A stretch of DNA of 64,000 nt from Bdellovibrionales bacterium (GTDB lineage: Bacteria; Bdellovibrionota; Bdellovibrionia; Bdellovibrionales; UBA1609): the NCBI GenBank assembly GCA_965261545.1, contig CBDHDF010000010.1, positions 672,001 to 736,000 of the forward strand. Direction: 5' to 3'. Every line of letters begins with the position of its first letter. The stretch's first letter is position 1. Below are positions 29,451 through 40,019 of this stretch, piece after piece. A program made the translations under genes and the position numbers. Below the pieces are notes generated by a model that saw only the letters and a list, made by a program, of their open reading frames with translations, ran no database searches and was not told where the DNA came from.

Positions 29451-31337
29451 ATGATGCCTACAATGAAGTTCATAAAATTTGCTCCAAAGTCCAAACCCCT
29501 CTCCCCACTTGGGGCTGTGCCCCCAGCCATATCCTCCACTCGCTCTATCGTCCTCATGCTCATGGCCAAATTCATATCCTTCACGGGCCCCGCCGCCTTC
29601 ATGGCTGCCATGGCCCTCACCCTGACCTTCAGTGCCTGCACCAAGGATAAGCACAAGGGATCACCGTCTGACTCTTCGCAACAAGACCCTCCTCATCAAA
29701 CCCATCAAAAATTCAAAGATAACTCCAAGAACAACCAACCCACTGACTCCCAAGACCCACTCAAAGAAGCCAAAAATTCTTCATCATTGCATGTAAAAAG
29801 GTCAGAAACTTTTTTTAGCAACCTATCTGCAGAACCTGAAAACCTCCATCCCATCCGCAGCACGGACTACTACTCCAGAGTCATTCAAGACTATATCCTT
29901 GAATCCCTTCTTCAAAGAAACAAGGACACCTATGAATGGGATCCTCTTTTAGCTAAGTCTTGGAAAATTCACCCCAGTGGAAAAACATTCACCTTTGAAC
30001 TCCACGACAACTTAAAGTGGTCGGATGGCAAAGACCTCACGGCCCAAGATATTAAATTTTCCTTTGAAGCCTACAAAAACCCCAAGTACGGGGGAATCAG
30101 TTCTATCCCCTACTTTGAGAAACTAGAATCCGTACAAATTTTAAGCGAAAAAACTGTTCAGTTTAAGGTGAAAGATCCCTACTTCGGAAATTTTCAAACC
30201 ATCGCCACCATGAACATCATTCCAGAGCATATCTACAAGGACCCCGAAGCCAAGCTATCTAAGACCATGGTGGGCTCCGGCCCCTACATGATGGATAAAT
30301 ACATCAAGGGAAAAATGCTTGTTTTAAAGAAAAATACTCTCTGGGCCGGCCAAAGCCACCCCGCCAATATGGAGAAGTGGAATTTTCCATGGATTGCCTT
30401 TCGTTTTGTGCAAACGGATGCAGATGTCCTTCTTCGCATGGAAAAGGAGCACCTCGATTATGCAGCCCTATCTGCGGAATCCTTTGTGAAAAAAACCAAC
30501 ACCCCCCCTTGGGGAACGAAAATTAAGAAAATTGAATATCAAAACAAACAGCCCAGTGGATACGGATTTATCGGATTCAACTTTAAAAAACCCCTTTTTA
30601 AGGACATCAAAGTCAGAAAGGCTCTCGTCCACCTCTTTCACGGAGAGTTGATGAACAAAAAATTTTATTACAACCAAAGAGAACTGGCTCGGGGACCTTG
30701 GTATTTTTGGAGTGACTACGCAGACGAAACGGTGAAGGCCATGAAATTCAATCCCAAAAAGGCCATCGAAATTTTAAAATCCGCAGGCTGGGATGACAGA
30801 GATCAAAACGGAGTTTTGGAAAAAACAATCCAGGGAAAGCAAAAAGAACTCTCTTTTACCATTCTCTTTTCCAACTCCGAAAGTGAAAAGCTCTTGACAC
30901 TTTTCCAAGAAGACGCCAAACAGGCCGGAGTGCAAATCCACCTGAAGGTTCTAGATTGGGCCTCTTTTTTACGCTTGATTGAGGACAAAAAATTTGATGC
31001 CGCCATGCTTGGCTGGTCGGGGGGAAGTATCGACATCGACCCCAAGCAAATTTGGCATACAGAAAGTGCCCGAAACAAGGGATCCAATTTTATCAACTAC
31101 TCCAACCCCCAAGTGGATGCCCTCATCGACAAGGGGCGAACTCAGTTAAATCGAAAGAAACGCATCAAAACTTTCAAAAAGATTTACAGGCTCATTGCCG
31201 AAGATGTCCCCTATATCTTTATGTTTAACTCTCGAAAGCGCTTTTACGGCATCCACAGTAGAGTTGAGTCACCAGCCAATGCCTTTAACTATGATTCAAG
31301 TCAACCCTATTGGAAACTTAAAGCCACTTCTCAATAA
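29451..31337 (+). CDS. peptide ABC transporter substrate-binding lipoprotein (family 5), copy 2
   Basis: FSA-C lipobox and the same motifs as copy 1. True start is probably a downstream Met. Confidence 0.9.
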   Translation: MMPTMKFIKFAPKSKPLSPLGAVPPAISSTRSIVLMLMAKFISFTGPAAFMAAMALTLTFSACTKDKHKGSPSDSSQQDPPHQTHQKFKDNSKNNQPTDSQDPLKEAKNSSSLHVKRSETFFSNLSAEPENLHPIRSTDYYSRVIQDYILESLLQRNKDTYEWDPLLAKSWKIHPSGKTFTFELHDNLKWSDGKDLTAQDIKFSFEAYKNPKYGGISSIPYFEKLESVQILSEKTVQFKVKDPYFGNFQTIATMNIIPEHIYKDPEAKLSKTMVGSGPYMMDKYIKGKMLVLKKNTLWAGQSHPANMEKWNFPWIAFRFVQTDADVLLRMEKEHLDYAALSAESFVKKTNTPPWGTKIKKIEYQNKQPSGYGFIGFNFKKPLFKDIKVRKALVHLFHGELMNKKFYYNQRELARGPWYFWSDYADETVKAMKFNPKKAIEILKSAGWDDRDQNGVLEKTIQGKQKELSFTILFSNSESEKLLTLFQEDAKQAGVQIHLKVLDWASFLRLIEDKKFDAAMLGWSGGSIDIDPKQIWHTESARNKGSNFINYSNPQVDALIDKGRTQLNRKKRIKTFKKIYRLIAEDVPYIFMFNSRKRFYGIHSRVESPANAFNYDSSQPYWKLKATSQ

Positions 31338-31376
31338 TCTCAGTCATAATCCCAGTGAGTCCCGAGGTGATGGTCC

Positions 31377-32411
31377 GTGTTTAAATACTTAATCAAAAGG
31401 CTCTTTCTCAGCATTCCCACTTTCCTTGGCATCACCCTGGTTTGCTTCCTTATCACCATCACCGCCCCTGGCGGCCCCATTGAACAAAAACTGGCTCAAC
31501 TTCGCTTTTCAGGCGCTGAAATAGGGGCCTCTGGAGGAGGAATGTCTTCGTCTTCGGGAAGCGACTATGGAGTGTCCGAAGAGGTTATGGAAGCCTTAAA
31601 AAAGCGATATGGATTTGATAAACCCCTTCACATTCAATACCTCCTATGGCTTAAAAATGCCCTGACCTTTAACTTTGGAGATAGCTTTATCCACGAAGAG
31701 CCCGTAACCAAGCTCATTGGGGAGAGAATACCCATAAGCCTACAGTTTGGGATTATTTCTCTTATACTCACCTATTTCGTTTGCATTTTTCTAGGAGTGG
31801 CCATGGCCGTTCGGAAGAATAGTTTTTTTGATGTGAGTGCCTCCTTGGGTCTCCTTGTCTTATACTCCATTATACCTCTCATGTTAGGCATTATCCTCAA
31901 GGTTTTTGTGGCCGGCCGCTGGGACCTCTTCCCTATTGGAGACCTTTATTCAGATATGTACTTTGAAAAAGATTTTTGGGGCCGAGTTATCGACCGAATC
32001 CACCACTTTATTTTGCCCATGTTATGCTATATGGTGGGGTCCTTTACCGTTCTCACCCAGTTTATGAAAAACAACCTGCTGGAAGAAATCAATAAAGACT
32101 ATGTGAGAACGGCCCGCTCCAAGGGGCTATCCCCCAAAATTGTCATTTATAAACACGCCCTGCGAAATGCTCTTGTCCCCATAGCCACAGGTGTGGGCGG
32201 TATCTTTGGCATTTTCCTTGCCGGCTCTCTTATTATTGAAAAGGTCTTCAACATCCAAGGCATTGGGCTGCTCGCCTTTGATTCAGCTATATCCAGGGAC
32301 TACAATGTCATTATGGCCTTGATATTTATCCAATCTCTTATCCTCATTGCCGGCCGCCTTGTCAGCGACCTCACTTACGTGCTCATAGATCCAAGGATTG
32401 ATTTCTCATGA
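31377..32411 (+). CDS. peptide ABC transporter permease (OppB/YejB-like)
   Basis: YLIKRL, APGGPIE, DYVRTARSKGL, HALRNAL, DPRIDF. Confidence 0.93.
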   Translation: MFKYLIKRLFLSIPTFLGITLVCFLITITAPGGPIEQKLAQLRFSGAEIGASGGGMSSSSGSDYGVSEEVMEALKKRYGFDKPLHIQYLLWLKNALTFNFGDSFIHEEPVTKLIGERIPISLQFGIISLILTYFVCIFLGVAMAVRKNSFFDVSASLGLLVLYSIIPLMLGIILKVFVAGRWDLFPIGDLYSDMYFEKDFWGRVIDRIHHFILPMLCYMVGSFTVLTQFMKNNLLEEINKDYVRTARSKGLSPKIVIYKHALRNALVPIATGVGGIFGIFLAGSLIIEKVFNIQGIGLLAFDSAISRDYNVIMALIFIQSLILIAGRLVSDLTYVLIDPRIDFS

Positions 32412-33430
32412 TAGGAAAAATGCTCAAGGACCCCCTCTCCCAGAAGAGGTGGAAGGTTTTTAAGTCACGCAAAACTAGCTGGATTGCCCTTTGGTTTTTC
32501 TTTTTTATTCTCTTCCTCAGTGTCACAGCTGAACTATGGTCCAACAGCAAACCTCTTATATTGTCCCACCAAGGCTCTCTATACTTCCCCGCCCTTAAAA
32601 GATACTCCCCCAAAGAGTTTGGAATCGAAAATCAATATGTCACCAACTACAGAAGGTTAAAATTAAGTGAAACCGACTGGGCCATATGGCCCCTTGTCCC
32701 CTGGGACCCCTACGAAAGTAATTTAGAGGTGGATCACTTCCCCAGCCCTCCAAGTTCCACCAATTGGATGGGCACCGACGATCGAGGACGAGATGTTTTG
32801 GCAAGACTCCTCTATGGTTATCGATACAGCATTATGTTTTCCATTTGCATTTGGTTTTTTTCCTATATCATCGGAAGCCTTTTAGGTGGGCTTATGGGTT
32901 ATTTTGGAGGTTTTATAGACATCATAGGTCAGAGATTTGTGGAAATTATAGAGTCTCTTCCTATTCTTGTGGTTCTCATCACCCTCAGCACGGTCTTGGG
33001 AAGAAGCTTTTCTTTTCTTGTCACCTTCTTTTCCCTCATTGGATGGGTGGGAATCTCCCTTTATATGAGGGCAGAGTTCTTGAGACTTCGCAAAATGTCC
33101 TTTGTGGAAGCAAGCCGCGCCATGGGACGCACCAACTGGGGAATCATTGTCCATCATATTTTTCCCAATGCCCTAAACCCCATTATTACCTTCTCTCCCT
33201 TTGTCCTTGCCAGTTCCATCAGTTACCTAGCCACCCTGGACTATCTCGGCTTTGGCCTCGTGCCCCCCACCCCCAGTTGGGGAGAACTTCTCTCCCAAGC
33301 GGAAAAGCACTTCACTGTAGCGTGGTGGCTCGCCCTATTCCCCTCCCTGGCTCTGCTTTCCACCCTGCTCTCCCTCACTCTCATTGGAAATGGAGCAAGA
33401 GACGCCTTTGACCCCAAGGAATTATCATAA
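32408..33430 (+). CDS. peptide ABC transporter permease (OppC/YejE-like)
   Basis: GTDDRGRDVLARL, FVEASRAMG, PPTPSWGELL, RDAFDP. ATGA overlap with the upstream permease. Confidence 0.93.
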   Translation: MIGKMLKDPLSQKRWKVFKSRKTSWIALWFFFFILFLSVTAELWSNSKPLILSHQGSLYFPALKRYSPKEFGIENQYVTNYRRLKLSETDWAIWPLVPWDPYESNLEVDHFPSPPSSTNWMGTDDRGRDVLARLLYGYRYSIMFSICIWFFSYIIGSLLGGLMGYFGGFIDIIGQRFVEIIESLPILVVLITLSTVLGRSFSFLVTFFSLIGWVGISLYMRAEFLRLRKMSFVEASRAMGRTNWGIIVHHIFPNALNPIITFSPFVLASSISYLATLDYLGFGLVPPTPSWGELLSQAEKHFTVAWWLALFPSLALLSTLLSLTLIGNGARDAFDPKELS

Positions 33431-33605
33431 CTCTCCTTGAGTCTATCGTATTGGGTCGTAAATAATAATCCAATAACCTTGATAGGGGAGCTTTTATAGG
33501 ATACAAGGGAGAACCTGTAGTTTTATTCAAAGCTTTGTCGCACAAGTGCACAAGGCTCAACCACAAAAGATGGAATCACAGTTTTAGAGTTTGGAGGACG
33601 GCACG

Positions 33606-33788
33606 ATGGCCAAGAAAAAAGGGAAAGTTCGCATTGTAACCCTTGAGTGCACAGAAGCTCGCCAGACAGGAAATTCACCCTCAAGATACACAACAAAAAA
33701 AAATTTTCAAACCCACCCTGAGCGACTTGAAAAGAAAAAATACAATCCTCATTTGAGAAAACATACTCTTCATAAAGAAATCAAATAA
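33606..33788 (+). CDS. rpmG: 50S ribosomal protein L33 (Zn-independent type)
   Basis: LECTE...SRYTTKKN...[21 protein letters not shown] with only one Cys. GGAGG SD. Confidence 0.95.
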   Translation: MAKKKGKVRIVTLECTEARQTGNSPSRYTTKKNFQTHPERLEKKKYNPHLRKHTLHKEIK

Positions 33789-33803
33789 GAGGAAGGCAAT
33801 ACA

Positions 33804-34916
33804 GTGCATCATTACACCCAAGGCTTGCCCACTCAACAGGGGCACAAAGGCATTCCGGAGGGGCACTTTGAAGAAGAGCAGGGCCTCGGAGGTTTCTATG
33901 GCCCTGTTTCCCACCTTATTCGCAAAAAGCCCAGCACGAGGTGGGTGGACATCGAAGGCCCCCTCAAGCCAAGGCTTTTGGATCTGACCCAACTCAACCA
34001 AAAAGATGGCCAGCACAGACTTTTTTACAATTCCCACATCACAATTTCCATGATGATGAAAGGCGCAAGTGCCCCATCCCATGAGTGGCTGGCCCAACGA
34101 AATGCCGACGGAGATTTGATTTATTTCTGCCACCAAGGAGCTGGCGAGATATTTACAGAATACGGTCATCTTACCTACAAGTCCGGTCACTATATTGTCA
34201 TTCCAAAGTGCGTCGCCCACTTGATTCAGCCCTCTGAACCATCTTTTTTCCTCACCATCGAAAATCGAAGCAGCCACTACAAAGAGCCTCTCCGGGGAAT
34301 GGTGGGCCGCCATGCTCTCTACGACACCAATACACTTGGTAAACCTTGCCTTGAGTCTCTTCACCAACGCCTCCAAGAGTTCAACAAAAAAATTCTTTGC
34401 GTTCATGTAAAACACCAAGATTCATTGACAAAATTTAAATACTCCGAGTGTATCTTTGATGTTGTCGGCTGGAAGGGGGATCTCTTCCCCTTCACCCTCC
34501 ATATGGATGATATCATGCCACTAATGAGTCACAGAGCCCACTTACCACCCAGTGCTCACACCACCTTTACAGCCAAGGAGTTTGTCATTTGTACATTTCT
34601 ACCCCGACCCCTTGAAAGCGACAAGGACGCCCTCAAAGTGCCATTTTACCACCAAAATATCGACTACGATGAAGTCTTATTTTACCACGATGGCAACTTT
34701 TTTAGTCGAGATAATTTACATGCTGGTATGATAACATTTCACCCCGCAGGCTTTCCCCATGGCCCTCACCCCAAAGCCGTTGAAGCCATTCAGGGCAAAA
34801 CCCATACCGATGAATACGCTGTCATGATTGACTCTCGCTGGCCTCTCCAACGCCATACCCCTGTCACCAAAAATATCGAAATAAAAAACTACTGGAAGTC
34901 TTGGCAATCAAAGTAA
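33804..34916 (+). CDS. hmgA: homogentisate 1,2-dioxygenase
   Basis: RNADGD, FDVVGWKG, PFYHQNIDYDEVLFYH, HPAGFPHGPHP. Confidence 0.9.
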   Translation: MHHYTQGLPTQQGHKGIPEGHFEEEQGLGGFYGPVSHLIRKKPSTRWVDIEGPLKPRLLDLTQLNQKDGQHRLFYNSHITISMMMKGASAPSHEWLAQRNADGDLIYFCHQGAGEIFTEYGHLTYKSGHYIVIPKCVAHLIQPSEPSFFLTIENRSSHYKEPLRGMVGRHALYDTNTLGKPCLESLHQRLQEFNKKILCVHVKHQDSLTKFKYSECIFDVVGWKGDLFPFTLHMDDIMPLMSHRAHLPPSAHTTFTAKEFVICTFLPRPLESDKDALKVPFYHQNIDYDEVLFYHDGNFFSRDNLHAGMITFHPAGFPHGPHPKAVEAIQGKTHTDEYAVMIDSRWPLQRHTPVTKNIEIKNYWKSWQSK

Positions 34917-34928
34917 TGAAGTAATTCT

Positions 34929-36191
34929 ATGAAATCTATGAAAATGCGGATAGGAACTCATGTGGGCCCCGAACAAGCCATGGGGCTAGCCATTAAAAAA
35001 GCTTGGATGGGTGCGGGAAGGGTGAAAACAAACCCCATGGTGGGCTGCGCTATTGTCGCTAAAGATGGAAGGCTCATTTCCTTGGGTTATCACAAAGTCT
35101 TTGGTGGAGACCATGCCGAAGTCGATGCCCTCAAGCAAATCAAAGACCCTAAGCTTTTAAAGGGCGCCACCGTCTTTGTCACCCTTGAACCCTGCTCCCA
35201 CCATGGCCAAACCCCCCCCTGTGCCCATAAACTTGCCCAGCTTCCCCTTCAATCTGTCATTTACGGCTGCAAAGACCCCAACAAAATCGCCTCAGGAGGA
35301 AGCGAAATACTTCAATCCAAGAGCATCGAAGCCATTGAGTACTCCCAAAAGTATTCCAAAAAGAACTCTGAAAACCAGCGCCATAAGAGCGTGGCGAAAA
35401 GGCTCCTCGAACTCAATGAAGTTTTTTTACATAATATTCGCCACCAAAGCGCCTTTATAGCCCTGAAAGTCGCCACAAGTCTTGATGGCTCACTGGCTCT
35501 TAAAAATGGAGCAAGCCAATGGATTACCAATAAATTGGCCCGGGAAAAGGCCCATGAACTCAGGGGGCAATACAATGCCACCCTCATTGGGGTTCAAACC
35601 TACCTCCACGACAACCCCCACCTTAATATAAGATCATCCTTCTACAAAGGTTGTAAAAACAAGGTCATTATTCTCGATCCCCAGGGCCGAAGCCTCCCCA
35701 CCCTAGGAGAATCCAACCTTATTCAGTGCCACGATCCCGATGATATTTATATTATTGTCACAGAAGAAACTAAAAACCATTTCATAGGCATAAGAAAAAC
35801 CCTAAAGCACACCAAATCCTTGCAAAAAATTCATATTTACGCTACAAAACAAAACTCCCGGCAAGAAATCCAACATAAAATAAGAACAGAAATGGCACCC
35901 GGTTACATCGACTTAAAAAAGCTCGGAGAAGACCTTTACAGAAAGTTTCATATCTCCTCTGTCCTCGTTGAAGGTGGGGCGGCCACCCACTCTCATTTTA
36001 TCAATCAAAAAAGGGGGCAAAAAATATATCAATTTATAGCGCCATCTATTCTTGGAGGTCTCCATGGTCGAAATTGGGCCCAAAATGTGAGAGTAACATC
36101 TATGGAGAATCGAATTGAAGTTAATATCAGCCATATAGAGTCCATGGATAGCAACATTCTTCTAACAGGTTACTTTCCAAGGTCAAAGTGA
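34929..36191 (+). CDS. ribD: riboflavin biosynthesis deaminase/reductase
   Basis: NPMVGC, HAE, TLEPCSHHGQTPPC, KVATSLDG, SQWIT, LVEGG. Confidence 0.95.
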   Translation: MKSMKMRIGTHVGPEQAMGLAIKKAWMGAGRVKTNPMVGCAIVAKDGRLISLGYHKVFGGDHAEVDALKQIKDPKLLKGATVFVTLEPCSHHGQTPPCAHKLAQLPLQSVIYGCKDPNKIASGGSEILQSKSIEAIEYSQKYSKKNSENQRHKSVAKRLLELNEVFLHNIRHQSAFIALKVATSLDGSLALKNGASQWITNKLAREKAHELRGQYNATLIGVQTYLHDNPHLNIRSSFYKGCKNKVIILDPQGRSLPTLGESNLIQCHDPDDIYIIVTEETKNHFIGIRKTLKHTKSLQKIHIYATKQNSRQEIQHKIRTEMAPGYIDLKKLGEDLYRKFHISSVLVEGGAATHSHFINQKRGQKIYQFIAPSILGGLHGRNWAQNVRVTSMENRIEVNISHIESMDSNILLTGYFPRSK

Positions 36192-37813
36192 GTCCCCTTA
36201 CAACCCATATGTCCAGCATATCCAAAGAAAACCTTATTAAGGAGTTACAAGATACCTTTCACCTTTCGTCTTTTCGTCTTGGACAAGAAGAAATTATTTC
36301 TTCCATTCTTTTACACCATGATGTCTTAGCTATCCTGCCCACGGGGGGTGGAAAATCCCTGTGTTATCAACTTCCCTCTCTCATCAAGGGGGGCCTGACC
36401 CTTGTCATCTCTCCTCTCATTGCTCTCATGAATGATCAATCCATAGCTCTTAGAAGGCTCCGTATACCTGCCGGCTGCATACACTCAGGCATGAATATGG
36501 ACCAAAGGCGACAAATATTCAAAGAAATGAAAACCAGTGATCATTACATCTTATATCTATCCCCAGAACGGACAAAAAAACCTGGGTTTATCCATTGGTT
36601 ACGTCAGCAAAATGTCGCCTTGTTTGCCATTGATGAGGCTCACTGCATCTCTCAGTGGGGTCATGACTTTAGACCTGAATACGCACAGCTCTCAACACTT
36701 AGAGAAATCAAACCCAAAGTTCCCATGGTGGCTCTCACAGCCACAGCAACTCCTTTGGTCAAGCAAGATATCATTCGCCAGCTGTCTTTGCAAAAGCCCC
36801 ACCAACATGTCTATGGCTTCTACCGCCCCAATCTCTACTATCAAGTTGAATTTTGCTACGATGATGAAGACAAGAAGTCCTATGTTACTGGAGCTATTCA
36901 ACAAACCCCCCATGGACGTGTCCTCATCTATTGCGGCACAAGAAAGCATTCAGAGTCATGGGCGGAATATTTAGTCTCCCTGGGAGAATCTGCTACCTTT
37001 TACCATGCAGGCATGCCATCGACGCAGCGCATTCAAGTGGAAACAGCTTATCAAAACGGAGATGTGAGAATTCTTGCCGCCACCAACGCTTTTGGTATGG
37101 GAATCGATCACCCCGATGTACGCCTCGTCATTCATACACAGATGCCGGGAAATATAGAATCCTATTACCAAGAAATCGGACGGGCAGGTCGAGACGGCCA
37201 GCCCTCCACATGCCTGCTCACCTACTCTAAAAAAGACAAAGGTCTCCAAGCCTATTTTATCGATCAAGCCGATGTGAGCAAAAAAATAAGAATACAAAGA
37301 TGGACAGCACTCAAGGCTATGACACAATACGCTGAGAGTTCTGAATGCCGCCATGGTGAAATCTTAACCTATTTTAAAGATAAACAGCGGATTAAAAGGT
37401 GTGGACACTGTAGTTCATGTGCTCCCCAATCCCCACGAAGAATCACCTCTTCTGAGAACACCCAACATTTAAGCAGCTCCTCCGTCCGAAAAAGATCAGC
37501 ATCCATAACTATAACGCCTCGGGTAAAGAAGCAAAGTTCTCGTAAAAAAATCAACACTCCTCCCCATAACAACCTCACACAAAAGCAAAAAATTCACTTA
37601 GAAACTCTACGTCAGTGGCGTAGAAATTACGCAAGGCAACAGGACGTCCCCGTGTTCATGGTGTGCAGTGATGCTATTCTTCGAGAATTCATTATTCACC
37701 AACCCCAAAACTTTAGTGAACTTAAAAATATTCAAGGACTCAAAAGCAAACAAATCGAATCCTTTGGACAAGAAATTCTCAACCAAATAAACTCCTTGAC
37801 CTCGGCCCAGTGA
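36188..37813 (+). CDS. recQ: RecQ-family DNA helicase with HRDC domain
   Basis: PTGGGKSLCYQLP, DEAHCISQWGHDFRP, TATAT, QEIGRAGRDG, Zn-binding Cys cluster, C-terminal HRDC. Confidence 0.95.
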   Translation: MSPLTTHMSSISKENLIKELQDTFHLSSFRLGQEEIISSILLHHDVLAILPTGGGKSLCYQLPSLIKGGLTLVISPLIALMNDQSIALRRLRIPAGCIHSGMNMDQRRQIFKEMKTSDHYILYLSPERTKKPGFIHWLRQQNVALFAIDEAHCISQWGHDFRPEYAQLSTLREIKPKVPMVALTATATPLVKQDIIRQLSLQKPHQHVYGFYRPNLYYQVEFCYDDEDKKSYVTGAIQQTPHGRVLIYCGTRKHSESWAEYLVSLGESATFYHAGMPSTQRIQVETAYQNGDVRILAATNAFGMGIDHPDVRLVIHTQMPGNIESYYQEIGRAGRDGQPSTCLLTYSKKDKGLQAYFIDQADVSKKIRIQRWTALKAMTQYAESSECRHGEILTYFKDKQRIKRCGHCSSCAPQSPRRITSSENTQHLSSSSVRKRSASITITPRVKKQSSRKKINTPPHNNLTQKQKIHLETLRQWRRNYARQQDVPVFMVCSDAILREFIIHQPQNFSELKNIQGLKSKQIESFGQEILNQINSLTSAQ

Positions 37814-37816
37814 ATT

Positions 37817-37850
37817 GTAAGTCTCAAACTGACCCAAGTCTGGGACTTAC
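37817..37850 (+). terminator. hairpin just after recQ stop
   Basis: GTAAGTCTCAAACT / AGTCTGGGACTTAC imperfect inverted repeat; no U-tract. Confidence 0.35.
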
Positions 37851-37977
37851 GGGAAGAACTCTTCCAACCTATGCAATAAATCACTGCAAACATATTTAAT
37901 TATTTTAAATGAAATAAAAGTGCCTTCCATAGGATTAAGTACTAAAAAATATCACTTCTATTCCGATAAGATCACTA

Positions 37978-39969
37978 ATGAAATACAGTGATCTTAGTAT
38001 TCTTATCGTAGATGATGATGCCTCAATACAAGAATCTCTCTCCAAGGCTCTTGAAAGCGCAGGCTTTAAGGTCATCGTTGCAGGAAAACCTGCCGAGGCT
38101 TTAAGTATACCCAAAGTCCAGCAAATTCATGGCGTCATTATGGACTGCATGTTGCCTGGAAAAAATGGTGTCGAACTCGCTATAGATATAAGAAGATTCA
38201 TGGCCGATACCGACTTTATCTTCTTCATAACTGGAATTTATAAAGACAAGCGCTTTGCCAAAGAAGCCATACGCAAGGTCAATGCCGAAAGATTCTTTTA
38301 CAAGCCCTTTGATGTGATGGAGCTTATCTCTGCGATCAAAAATAAGGTCAACCAATCCTTAGATGAAGAGGAGCCCTCGCCAACCACGACACTCCCAAGT
38401 ATCCTATCTAAAATAACACCCTCCATAGGTGAAGTGGGCCAATCTCTCGAATCACAAGACCAATCCAATGGTTTTCATCTATCTTTTTACCTTCCCACTC
38501 TCATGCTTCTTGGAGCAACAGGTCACCTCCATATTATGAGTATTGCCAACCAAAGAAAATCCTCCATTGAACTCGTCAAAGGAAAAATAAGGGAAATCTA
38601 TAGTGAAAATGCCCTTAAAATAATAGGTGAATTACTTATCAAACAAGGATTGCTCAATCCAGATGAATACAGAGAAATAACAAATAAGACCAAAAAAGAA
38701 AACTTTACGTCGGCCCTTGTTGATGACCACTGGATCAGCCCCCATGCCATGGTAGAACTCAAAAAAGAACAGATTTTTTTAGAGCTTGAAGAAATCATGG
38801 GAACCAACCACGTTCAAATAAGCTTCACTCCAAAACAAGATAACATCCCCTCTCCCTGTGATATAGATTATAAAACTCTTCAGTCATCACTATTTGAAAT
38901 CATAGAGTTTCAAATTTCAGACGAATGGCTAAAAGATTTCTATGCACCACACATAAATTCCTCCGTCGTTATGAAAATCGAAGTCAACAGAAATCACCCC
39001 ATATTTAAGTACCCCGTCACCAGGAAAATTGAAAACTTATTTGATTTACTCGCAAAAAGCCCTACACTTAAAGAAATACTAAGTGATGAAATAAAAATAC
39101 CTAAATCTATATTATATCAATCTCTTCATGCCCTCACTATCAATCAATCAATTATTTTTGTCGATAAAACTAAACAAAAAAAAGAAGCGAAAACTTCTGA
39201 AGTAACAGTCATTTCTGAGAACAAAATACTCTCACGACTCAACATACTGTTAGATGGCATAAAAGACAAATCTCCTCCTGAAATCTTCTGTTATTTAGGA
39301 TCTTCAGAAGAAGTCACTAAGAAAGAGGCTCAAGAAATATTTAAAACTTTTTCAGAATCAAATCACCCTAATCAACTCCCACCCAATGCTTCAAATAAAA
39401 TAAAATCACTCAATCAAAAAATATTTTCTTATGTTTCAGATGCTTACGAAATCATAACAAATGACGAAAAAAGGAAAAAATATAATTCAAAAATTGAATC
39501 AAAAGAGCTAGAACTTCAATCAAAGGCCAAAGTTCTTATTGAAAAGGGGGTTATTAACTTAAGACGTGGACATTTTGAAGAAGCCATAGAAGAAATTAAA
39601 GCTGCTCATCAGTGCCACGAAAGCCATCAAACTCTTCTTTATTTATTTTGGGCCAGATTGAAAATGTATCAAGATAAGATAAAGCCTGAAATGATCACAG
39701 AAATAAACAATGGTATTATGGGCCTTCCCAGCCATTATAGAAAAAGTGAAATTTATCATCTTGTTTATGGGTTACTCAAAAAAGCAGAAAATAACTTTTT
39801 AGAAGCCGGAAATTCCATGAAAAAAGCCCTACAAATAAACCCAAGCTTCTTCGATGCCAGAAAAGAATTAATGGATATTATCAAAGAAGATAAAAGAAAG
39901 AATCAAAATTTATTTACAGGTGACTTTTCTACAGTTGTGAGTGGTTTTTTTAAGAAAAAAGGTAGTTAA
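37978..39969 (+). CDS. response regulator with C-terminal J-like and TPR regions
   Basis: REC (ILIVDDD, MDCMLP, YKPF), J-like segment (HPNQL...AYEIITNDEKRKKY), TPR-like helices. Confidence 0.8.
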   Translation: MKYSDLSILIVDDDASIQESLSKALESAGFKVIVAGKPAEALSIPKVQQIHGVIMDCMLPGKNGVELAIDIRRFMADTDFIFFITGIYKDKRFAKEAIRKVNAERFFYKPFDVMELISAIKNKVNQSLDEEEPSPTTTLPSILSKITPSIGEVGQSLESQDQSNGFHLSFYLPTLMLLGATGHLHIMSIANQRKSSIELVKGKIREIYSENALKIIGELLIKQGLLNPDEYREITNKTKKENFTSALVDDHWISPHAMVELKKEQIFLELEEIMGTNHVQISFTPKQDNIPSPCDIDYKTLQSSLFEIIEFQISDEWLKDFYAPHINSSVVMKIEVNRNHPIFKYPVTRKIENLFDLLAKSPTLKEILSDEIKIPKSILYQSLHALTINQSIIFVDKTKQKKEAKTSEVTVISENKILSRLNILLDGIKDKSPPEIFCYLGSSEEVTKKEAQEIFKTFSESNHPNQLPPNASNKIKSLNQKIFSYVSDAYEIITNDEKRKKYNSKIESKELELQSKAKVLIEKGVINLRRGHFEEAIEEIKAAHQCHESHQTLLYLFWARLKMYQDKIKPEMITEINNGIMGLPSHYRKSEIYHLVYGLLKKAENNFLEAGNSMKKALQINPSFFDARKELMDIIKEDKRKNQNLFTGDFSTVVSGFFKKKGS

Positions 39970-40019
39970 TAAAAATCGTACTTTGCACGACGGTGGATGG
40001 CTGCGTCATCAGCGTGCTG

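Noticed and set aside
33681..34418. Long antisense ORFs (this one, 5222-5986, 47972-48790) and the alternative-frame ORF 32764-33411
   Set aside because: Each lies over a well-supported gene and has no independent features.
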